Below, piece by piece: positions 1 through 5,202 of a stretch of DNA of 5,202 nt. The stretch spans positions 1 through 5,202 of the forward strand of contig JADFSZ010000126.1 of the NCBI GenBank assembly GCA_022560555.1. The letters run 5' to 3'. The translations under genes and the position numbers were made by a program. How positions within the stretch are numbered: position 1 is the stretch's first letter; each line of letters opens with the position of its first letter. Source of the stretch: PVC group bacterium. GTDB taxonomy: Bacteria > GCA-001730085 > JADFSZ01. The notes under the pieces were generated by a model that was not told where the DNA came from, made no database searches, and saw nothing but the letters and a program-made list of their open reading frames with translations.

Positions 1-405
1 ATTGACGAGCTTCACATCAAGCCAAAAAACAACATGTCCGATCTGATTATGGTGGTTTCCAGATCTCACCCCAGCAAGGCTATAGACGCCTTCAAAGAGA
101 AAATTGGTTTCAATAAGGAGATTGCTTTTGGATCCATTGGCGGCAAAGTGATCATGATTGTGTTAGGGAAAGCTGATTTTTTTATCCATGCTAATCCCAA
201 TACAAAGGAATGGGATACATGTGCTCCTGAGGCTGTTTTGATGGGAGCCGGGGGGCAGATGTCGGATTTGAATGACTCGATTTTAGATTATAACAAAGAG
301 AATCTTTTTAACTTGAACGGAGTGGTTGCGTCGGGCGGGGGCTTTCACACGCATATTACCCGCAAGATTCAGGATGTTTTGAAGGATAGAAAAAATAGCC
401 GTTAG
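1..405 (+). CDS. cysQ: 3'(2'),5'-bisphosphate nucleotidase (CysQ, inositol monophosphatase superfamily), C-terminal part; 5' end lies outside the window
   Basis: Frame 1 is open from nt 1: IDELHIKPKNN precedes the track Met at 34, so that Met is probably internal. Stop is TAG at 403-405. By eye the translation aligns with my recollection of the C-terminal half of E. coli CysQ: VVSRSH here vs VVISRSH, then GS.G.K, G.AD, and the family signature EWDTCAPEAVLMGAGG (WDT.A..AV...AGG), followed by L.YN. No database search was run. Confidence 0.8.
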   Translation: MDELHIKPKNNMSDLIMVVSRSHPSKAIDAFKEKIGFNKEIAFGSIGGKVIMIVLGKADFFIHANPNTKEWDTCAPEAVLMGAGGQMSDLNDSILDYNKENLFNLNGVVASGGGFHTHITRKIQDVLKDRKNSR

Positions 406-419
406 AATGGCTTCCCAGA

Positions 420-448
420 TTTAGGTTTAAATTTAAACAATATATAGT
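420..448 (+). promoter_or_regulatory. Candidate sigma70-type promoter for the 464..4118 unit
   Basis: TTTAGG (420-425), a 17-nt spacer, then TATAGT (443-448). This sits in the only non-coding gap upstream of ORF 464. The -35 match is weak (3/6), and the implied transcript would have a very short, SD-less leader. This is a pattern match only. Confidence 0.3.
425..438. repeat. Perfect 14-bp palindrome GTTTAAATTTAAAC (possible operator)
   Basis: The sequence equals its own reverse complement, checked base by base. It overlaps the -35 element and spacer of the candidate promoter, 26 nt upstream of ATG 464. The palindrome itself is certain; the confidence value refers to a regulatory role. Confidence 0.3.
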
Positions 449-463
449 ACAATCCTCACAGTC

Positions 464-1075
464 ATGAATGATTTCTATCCTAAATATTCCTTAGTTTTTT
501 TCTTAGGGAGTTTTTGTCTCTTTGGTTTGTCCTGTGAATCAAAAGATGTGGTCCATCATTATCGAGAAGAAATTTTTTCGGAATTTCAGCCCCTTGTATC
601 AGATTCGCATGAGGGACATAAACACCAAGAAGATTCCCAAGATACGCAATGGGTTTTGCCGAGCGGGTGGAGCGAATCCCCCGGAAGCGGGATGAGGCTT
701 GCCTCGCTTTATCCTGATCCAGCAAATCAAGATGTTCATTGCACAATCGTTCAATTGGGGCCGGAAGCCGGCAACCTGGAAGCAAATATTGTTCGGTGGT
801 TGGGGCAGTTGGGTATTACGGATCCGGATGATGAGGTCCTGAGCGCATTTCTTTCAAGGCAAAAACGGTTTCAAACAGTAGATCATCATCAGGGTGTTTT
901 AATTAATTTTGAGGAATACCTATCCGATAATGCCGAAGTCGGTATGCTTGCCGCCATGATCCGTTTCGAATCAATTATAATTTTTGTTAAATTGATGGCC
1001 CCTCCAAATGTTATAGATGCTGTTGAAGACGCCTTTTTTCAATTGTGCCAGTCATTCTCGGGCCCTTCTGCATGA
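464..1075 (+). CDS. Uncharacterised secreted protein or possible lipoprotein, with a His/acid-rich linker and a ~140-aa globular domain
   Basis: ATG at 464 is the first start after the in-frame TAA at 434-436. The N-terminus MNDFYPKYSLVFFLGSFCLFGLSC looks like a signal peptide ending in an imperfect lipobox (G-L-S-C, Cys24). Residues 25-62 are low-complexity and His/Asp/Glu-rich (HHYREE, SHEGHKHQEDSQD). Residues 63-203 look globular (WVLPSGWSESPGSGMRLASL ... NIVRWLGQLGI ... IIIFVKLMAPPNVIDAVEDAFFQLCQSF). The stop TGA at 1073-1075 overlaps the ccsB ATG at 1072-1074. There is no CXXC and no CXXCH motif. Confidence 0.7.
   Translation: MNDFYPKYSLVFFLGSFCLFGLSCESKDVVHHYREEIFSEFQPLVSDSHEGHKHQEDSQDTQWVLPSGWSESPGSGMRLASLYPDPANQDVHCTIVQLGPEAGNLEANIVRWLGQLGITDPDDEVLSAFLSRQKRFQTVDHHQGVLINFEEYLSDNAEVGMLAAMIRFESIIIFVKLMAPPNVIDAVEDAFFQLCQSFSGPSA
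1072..1075 (+). other. ATGA start/stop overlap (ORF 464 stop / ccsB start)
   Basis: ATG at 1072-1074 and TGA at 1073-1075 share three bases. This is the classic translational-coupling arrangement, provided ATG 1072 is the true ccsB start. Confidence 0.6.
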
Positions 1076-2226
1076 AAAGTATTTATCAAAAACTCTCAAA
1101 ATCCCGCGCAATTAATTTCTTGTCTTCCCTTGAATTGTCTGTCGTGTGTTTAAGTCTTTTGGCCATACTTACATTTTGGGGGACGCTCTATCAAGCAGAG
1201 TACGGCCTTTACGCGGCCCAACAGAAGTTTTTTCGTTCCTGGATTTTTATGTCCGCGGGTTTTATTCCTTTTCCGGGAACACGGCTCGTGCTGTGGGTAT
1301 TTACTGTCAATCTCATGACAAGTGTTCTTTTCAGGCAAAGTCATGCCTGGAGCAATTTTGGGATTTTATTGACTCACTATGGAATTATCCTCCTTATGAT
1401 CGGTGGGTTTGTCACGTTTCATTTTGCCAAGGAATCCCAGGTCACTTTAAAAGAGGGGGCGTCTACCAGTCTTTCCGCGGATTATATTGATTGGGAAATA
1501 TCAATTTGGCAGAGTCATAATCCCTCGAGAGATATTACAGCTGTTTGGACGGGGCCGTCTCTTGAGGGTGTATCCGTCCCGTTGCCTGAACTGGGACTCG
1601 ATTTAACTATTCAAAAATATCTTGTTAATTGTGACGCGTTTACGGCCTCTCGCTCAAACGAGAATTCTTTGAACATGAATAGCAGCGGCATTCAATCATT
1701 ACAGGAAAAAAGTCCGGATGTTGAGCCCGCAAAAAACACTCCCGGTGTTATTTTTACAGTTCTCAGTCGTGAAGGGGAAAAGAGCGACATTCTTTTGTAC
1801 TCGCAAGATCCACGTCCAACTATTGTTTCTGTCGGGGGAAAATCTTACATGTTTCAATTACGTCACCGAAGATATTCCCTTCCTCTGGGCATGCACCTTA
1901 AAGATTTTCGGATGACAAAATATCCGGGAGTCGAAAAAGCCAAAAGTTATGAGAGCACGGTTGAAATTGATACGGGACGACTAAAAAGAGATATCGTTAT
2001 ATCGATGAATGATCCTTTCAGATTTGATAATCATACGTTTTACCAGGCCTCTTATATGATTGCGTCTGATGGGAGTGAATATTCCACGTTTGCTGTGGTT
2101 CGAAATGCGGGGCGACTGATTCCCTACATAGCTATTTCACTTACTGGTTTGGGGCTCATCAATCATTTCTTGATCAAACTCATTTTAGCTATGCGCAAAA
2201 AGCGATCGAATAGAAAGAAAAAATGA
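1072..2226 (+). CDS. ccsB: System II cytochrome c biogenesis protein CcsB/ResB
   Basis: The N-terminus has a ResB-like first helix ending GTLYQ. A second and third TM helix follow, carrying a conserved-position histidine (ILLTHYGIILL, CAC 1375-1377). Next comes a ~230-aa soluble (periplasmic) domain ending in the ResB-type block KSYESTVEI...ISMNDPFRFDNHTFYQASY, then a final TM helix and a basic tail (RKKRSNRKKK). I prefer ATG 1072 (MKSIYQKL...) over the track GTG at 1045, because it gives an ATGA overlap with the upstream stop rather than a 31-nt overlap. The start choice is uncertain. Confidence 0.85.
   Translation: MKSIYQKLSKSRAINFLSSLELSVVCLSLLAILTFWGTLYQAEYGLYAAQQKFFRSWIFMSAGFIPFPGTRLVLWVFTVNLMTSVLFRQSHAWSNFGILLTHYGIILLMIGGFVTFHFAKESQVTLKEGASTSLSADYIDWEISIWQSHNPSRDITAVWTGPSLEGVSVPLPELGLDLTIQKYLVNCDAFTASRSNENSLNMNSSGIQSLQEKSPDVEPAKNTPGVIFTVLSREGEKSDILLYSQDPRPTIVSVGGKSYMFQLRHRRYSLPLGMHLKDFRMTKYPGVEKAKSYESTVEIDTGRLKRDIVISMNDPFRFDNHTFYQASYMIASDGSEYSTFAVVRNAGRLIPYIAISLTGLGLINHFLIKLILAMRKKRSNRKKK
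2223..2226 (+). other. ATGA start/stop overlap (ccsB stop / ccsA start)
   Basis: ATG at 2223-2225 and TGA at 2224-2226 overlap, preceded by an A-rich tract (AGAAAGAAAAA). Confidence 0.75.
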
Positions 2227-4118
2227 ATCAGAAACAAAAATTTATCCATGTCCTTTTCTTAACGATCTCCCTTGTTTTTACAGGGCATGCGGCTCATGGA
2301 TCCATCCATGAAAACAATGTTGATAGCGTTAATAATATGCTGGTGCTCCATGAGGGAAGAATTAAACCCATGGGATCACTTGCTCGAAATCTTCTTTTGC
2401 AATTTTCCGGCAGGACCCGTTATCAGAAGCACACCGCGCTTGAATGGTTTGTGCGGTTGATTTTGACCCCGAGCGATGCTCTTGATGACAGGGTTTTTCT
2501 GATCAATCACCCGGAAATTCCGCAAGCGCTAGGCCTTTCTTTGGATAAGCATCGTCGATACTCATTCCGTGAATTGTACGATCACATCGGTAAATTAGAA
2601 GAATTGGCCCAAATGGCTTTTGTGCTTGAAGACAAGGAACGGTCTCTCGTTGAAGCCGAAATTATGAGAGTAATGGTCAATTTAAAGGTTTTTATGGGCC
2701 TCGCCGAGTCCTTTCAATTTGCCTACCCTCATGAGGCATATAATATTGCGGACAGTGAAGTTCTTGAATTTTTAGGATTTGCATCCCATCATCATCAGCT
2801 TAATTTTCTCAAACTATTCCGCAATCGAAACAAGATGTCCTCGGTTCTTGAGGGGCTTGACGGCACTGATTCTTCGAAATGGACAAATCTCGAGAAAAGC
2901 ATCTACAAATTGTCGCAGCAAATGTTCTATGATTCTCATGATAAAAAAGATCTTCCCTTAAAGATCATACCGATTCAGGGACAGGATGAAACCCTATGGC
3001 TCTCGCCCTGGGAAGTTATACTTTTACCGCGCAGAAATGAAAAAATCGATGATGCTGTCGACCAGCTCGAAAAGATGCTCAGTTCTTATATTAATCATGA
3101 TCCTCTAGAATTTCAACTATCCGTCAGAGCTTTTAATCAATTTGTGTATGGCCAGATTCAAAAAGAGTTTCCCCTTAAGAAAATCAGGCAGGAAAATATA
3201 TATAATGCCTTAAAACCGTTTTTCTATTCAAAAGTTTTTTACGGCCTTGGGCTTCTTGTATGTTTGTTATCCTTGTTAGCTTGGGGGAGGTCTCTTGGGA
3301 AAGTTTCTCTCTCTTGTCTTTTATTAGGGAGCCTCATTCATTTAGCGGGAATTGTCCTGAGAATTCTTATTATGAGCCGGCCGCCGGTTTCAACCCTATA
3401 TGAAACCTTTGTGTTTGTTGGCTGGATGAGTGTGGTTTTGGCCTTGGCCATGGAGTTTTTTAACCGGGATAAGATCGGACTTCTGGTTGGAAACTTCGCG
3501 GGACTTGTGTTTCTCATGATCGCGGGGCGCTATGCCGCGGAAGGCGATACTCTGGTTCAGCTCGTTGCTGTTCTTAATTCGAACTTTTGGCTGGCCACTC
3601 ACGTCCTTTCAATTACGACCGGGTATGCCGGTGTTTGTGTCGCGGGAATCCTCGGTCATTTGTATTTAATAACGATTTTGGTAAATAAGAGCAAGTACAA
3701 ACAAGATAGGCTGGAAAAGATTTATCGAACTATGCTGGGTGCTTTAGGCTTTGGTTTGACGGTAACATTCATCGGAACGATGTTGGGAGGGATTTGGGCT
3801 GATCAGTCCTGGGGCCGGTTTTGGGGATGGGATCCGAAAGAAAACGGGGCTCTGTTGATCGTTTTGTGGTGTTCCATAATATTTCATGCAAAGGCCGGTG
3901 ATATTATTGGTCCCTTGGGAGTAGCTGTTGGATCGATATTTGGTATTATTGTTGTTATGATGGCTTGGTTCGGCGTGAATCTCCTGGGTGTGGGATTGCA
4001 CTCTTACGGGTTTGCGTCCGGCACGGCGATCAAGCTCGGGGCATTTACAGCTTGTGAAGTTTTATTTATGTTTGTAACATATCTCTTGGCAAGAAAACGA
4101 CTTGGAGTGAAACTTTGA
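2223..4118 (+). CDS. ccsA: System II cytochrome c synthase subunit CcsA/ResC, long form with a ~330-aa N-terminal periplasmic extension
   Basis: The C-terminal ~300 aa form a canonical CcsA core. It contains LYETFVFVGW, the Trp-rich WWD heme-handling motif WADQSWGRFWGWDPKENGALL (nt 3795-3845), flanking histidines LATH (CAC 3600-3602) and GLHSYGF (CAC 3999-4001), and a post-WWD TM histidine IIFHAK (CAT 3885-3887). The N-terminus has one hydrophobic anchor (FIHVLFLTISLVFTG) followed by ~310 mostly hydrophilic residues. The ATG at 2223-2225 overlaps the ccsB stop TGA at 2224-2226. Confidence 0.9.
   Translation: MNQKQKFIHVLFLTISLVFTGHAAHGSIHENNVDSVNNMLVLHEGRIKPMGSLARNLLLQFSGRTRYQKHTALEWFVRLILTPSDALDDRVFLINHPEIPQALGLSLDKHRRYSFRELYDHIGKLEELAQMAFVLEDKERSLVEAEIMRVMVNLKVFMGLAESFQFAYPHEAYNIADSEVLEFLGFASHHHQLNFLKLFRNRNKMSSVLEGLDGTDSSKWTNLEKSIYKLSQQMFYDSHDKKDLPLKIIPIQGQDETLWLSPWEVILLPRRNEKIDDAVDQLEKMLSSYINHDPLEFQLSVRAFNQFVYGQIQKEFPLKKIRQENIYNALKPFFYSKVFYGLGLLVCLLSLLAWGRSLGKVSLSCLLLGSLIHLAGIVLRILIMSRPPVSTLYETFVFVGWMSVVLALAMEFFNRDKIGLLVGNFAGLVFLMIAGRYAAEGDTLVQLVAVLNSNFWLATHVLSITTGYAGVCVAGILGHLYLITILVNKSKYKQDRLEKIYRTMLGALGFGLTVTFIGTMLGGIWADQSWGRFWGWDPKENGALLIVLWCSIIFHAKAGDIIGPLGVAVGSIFGIIVVMMAWFGVNLLGVGLHSYGFASGTAIKLGAFTACEVLFMFVTYLLARKRLGVKL
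3795..3845 (+). other. WWD (tryptophan-rich) heme-binding motif within ccsA
   Basis: Direct translation gives W-A-D-Q-S-W-G-R-F-W-G-W-D-P-K-E-N. This is the hallmark motif of the CcsA/CcmC/CcmF heme-handling protein family. Confidence 0.9.
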
Positions 4119-4130
4119 GTCTGAAGAATC

Positions 4131-4159
4131 TTGACGGCACCAGGGAAAATTGTTAGGAT
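4131..4159 (+). promoter_or_regulatory. Candidate sigma70-type promoter for the antiporter gene
   Basis: TTGACG (4131-4136), a 17-nt spacer ending in TGT (an extended -10 TGn at 4151-4153), then TAGGAT (4154-4159). It lies ~36 nt upstream of ATG 4195. This is a pattern match only. Confidence 0.35.
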
Positions 4160-4194
4160 GAGGGCCATTTCTTAATAAACAACAGAGACTCTTA

Positions 4195-5202
4195 ATGTTA
4201 CGAAATCTTTTTCATCAAAAAAAACTATTTACTCTGTGTCTTATGTTTCTTGGACTCATGGGGTGCGCAGTGGCTTTTGGCGCCGGCGCTTCGGATACGC
4301 ATGACGCATTACACATGGATGAAATGACGAATACGTTTTGGATGTTGGCTGTTATTTTGTTGGTCGCGAAGCTGTCTAGTTTGATCGAAAAGATAGGGCA
4401 GCCGGCTGTTCTTGGCGAGCTGATGATGGGGGTTATCTTGGGTAATCTCGTTTTTTTTGGTATTGATATTTTTGAAACGATAAAGAACAATCAATTTGTC
4501 CTTTTCTTAGCTGAAATGGGGGTTGTGGTTCTTTTATTCCAGGTAGGTTTAGAATCCACTCTCAAGGAAATGATGGGTGTGGGGGTGAAAGCTTTTTGGG
4601 TCGCGATTGTTGGAATTGTGACACCATTTACTTTGGGGGCGTTTTTTGTTGGCCCCCTATTGATGCCGGGATTATCTACCCATGCCTATCTGTTTCTCGG
4701 AGCGACGTTGACGGCGACATCTGTAGGAATTACCGCGCGTGTCTTCAAGGATTTGGGCCATCTTCACGGTCCGGAAGCACAGATTGTTTTGGGTGCAGCT
4801 GTTATTGATGATATTCTCGGGCTTATTATCTTATCGGTTGTCTCAGCCATGGTTACCATGGGATCGGTTACGGCAGGGACTGTGTCATTTATTTTTTTCA
4901 AGGCCATTGTTTTTTTGGTAGGCACTTTGATCTTTGGCTCTTTTCTTGCAAAGCCGCTTAACGATTTTTTGTCAAAGGTTCACGCGGGTCATGGAATGAA
5001 ATTTACGGTTCTTATTTCATTCTGTCTCCTGTTTTCGTTCATCGCTCATAAGTTGGGGCTCGCGCCTATCGTAGGTGCCTTTGCAGCCGGACTTGTGTTA
5101 GAGCCTAAACACTTTCAAAGTTTTGATGACCCCAAGATAGTGGAGGATCTGAAAGGGAGCATTAATGAGTTTCGCGAGCCGCATCCTCTCAAAGAGAAAG
5201 TT
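4195..5202 (+). CDS. Cation/proton antiporter, CPA2 (Kef/NapA-type, Na+/H+ exchanger family), N-terminal 336 codons; 3' end lies outside the window
   Basis: This ORF is not on the supplied track. I translated frame 1 by hand from ATG 4195 (the upstream in-frame stop is TGA 4159-4161) to nt 5202 and found no stop. Family motifs are present: IGQPAVLGELMMGVILGN, VVLLFQVGLES, LGATLTATSVGITARVF, GAAVIDDILGLIILS (the CPA2 Asp-Asp pair) and APIVGAFAAGLVLE. The first ~30 residues (MLRNLFHQKKLFTLCLMFLGLMGCAVAFGAGA) resemble a signal peptide. An alternative start is ATG 4243. Confidence 0.85.
   Translation, partial: MLRNLFHQKKLFTLCLMFLGLMGCAVAFGAGASDTHDALHMDEMTNTFWMLAVILLVAKLSSLIEKIGQPAVLGELMMGVILGNLVFFGIDIFETIKNNQFVLFLAEMGVVVLLFQVGLESTLKEMMGVGVKAFWVAIVGIVTPFTLGAFFVGPLLMPGLSTHAYLFLGATLTATSVGITARVFKDLGHLHGPEAQIVLGAAVIDDILGLIILSVVSAMVTMGSVTAGTVSFIFFKAIVFLVGTLIFGSFLAKPLNDFLSKVHAGHGMKFTVLISFCLLFSFIAHKLGLAPIVGAFAAGLVLEPKHFQSFDDPKIVEDLKGSINEFREPHPLKEKV

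Noticed and set aside
480-785. 101-aa ORF on the minus strand, antisense to ORF 464..1075
   Set aside because: The translation is Arg/Leu-rich with no recognisable motif, signal or start context, as is typical of antisense frames. The + strand ORF has a signal peptide and an ATGA junction with ccsB, so it is the better gene model.
1045-1071. GTG at 1045 as the ccsB start (as in the ORF track)
   Set aside because: It would add MPVILGPFC and overlap the upstream gene by 31 nt. ATG 1072 gives a typical ResB N-terminus and a 4-nt ATGA overlap. The GTG start is not excluded, only less likely.
1146-1915. Track ORFs 1146..1490 (+), 1150..1344 (-) and 1718..1915 (+) inside ccsB
   Set aside because: They are off-frame or antisense to a CDS with clear ResB family motifs, and show no independent motifs. 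They are treated as spurious.
2272-4001. Track ORFs 2272..2460 (+), 2779..2961 (+), 3396..3602 (-) and 3744..4001 (-) inside ccsA
   Set aside because: They are off-frame or antisense to a strongly supported CcsA CDS. The translations are low-complexity (for example the HHNNNN run), consistent with chance ORFs.
4158-4175. Mini-ORF ATGAGGGCCATTTCTTAA (MRAIS*) in the antiporter leader
   Set aside because: It is five codons long with no SD and overlaps the predicted -10 element. It is most likely a chance occurrence, and there is no attenuator-like structure around it.
4117-4191. 6-bp inverted repeat GAGTCT ... AGACTC flanking the ccsA-antiporter gap, and the AAGA-A-TCTT mini-palindrome at 4124-4132, considered as a terminator
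   Set aside because: The arms are too short, 63 nt apart, do not extend, and have no T-run. I could not identify a convincing intrinsic terminator after ccsA.
4217-4224. A8 homopolymer near the 5' end of the antiporter gene as a possible phase-variation tract
   Set aside because: It simply encodes Q-K-K in the signal-peptide n-region. Eight A residues in an AT-leaning genome is unremarkable, and there is no second indicator of contingency-locus behaviour.
4215-4921. Track ORFs 4215..4490 (-), 4309..4494 (-), 4596..4808 (+) and 4739..4921 (+)
   Set aside because: All of them overlap the frame-1 CPA2 antiporter CDS, which carries unambiguous family motifs. They are shadow ORFs.
5104-5202. Long hydrophilic stretch (PKHFQSFDDPKIVEDLKGSINEFREPHPLKEKV) after the GAFAAGLVLE helix of the antiporter, apparently longer than the loop I recall in KefC/NapA-type proteins
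   Set aside because: The window ends inside it, so its length and what follows cannot be judged. It may be an ordinary subfamily-specific loop.
1-5202. Looked for mobile elements, CRISPR repeats, tRNA/ncRNA, toxin-antitoxin or defence-type genes, CXXCH cytochrome ORFs and long direct or inverted repeats
   Set aside because: None found. The coding density on one strand leaves only two short gaps, and the only repeated strings seen (for example TTTATCCATG at ~181 and ~2243) are short enough to be chance.

Overview
All supported genes lie on the + strand and are tightly packed. In order: (1) the 3' part of a cysQ-type 3'(2'),5'-bisphosphate nucleotidase, entering from the left edge with its stop at 403-405; (2) an uncharacterised 203-aa secreted or lipoprotein-like ORF (464..1075); (3) ccsB/resB (1072..2226); (4) a long-form ccsA/resC (2223..4118), which with ccsB forms the System II cytochrome c synthase; (5) the first 336 codons of a CPA2-family cation/proton antiporter (4195..>5202). 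The supplied ORF track omits this last gene because it has no stop inside the window. Genes 2-3 and 3-4 each overlap by the 4-nt ATGA start/stop arrangement, so 464..4118 reads as one translationally coupled unit. I see no RNA gene, CRISPR array, transposase or other mobile element, toxin/defence signature or long repeat. The two intergenic gaps (406..463 and 4119..4194) are too short for anything beyond promoter or operator elements. This is mostly a housekeeping locus. The only candidate for something undescribed is the orphan His-rich periplasmic protein wired into the cytochrome c maturation module, together with the unusual domain layout of that module (large extra N-terminal periplasmic domain on CcsA, no thiol-redox partner nearby). 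That idea is inference from gene arrangement and motifs, not a demonstrated system. The taxon cannot be determined from the sequence alone: it is moderately AT-rich by eye (not computed) and lacks clear Shine-Dalgarno motifs.
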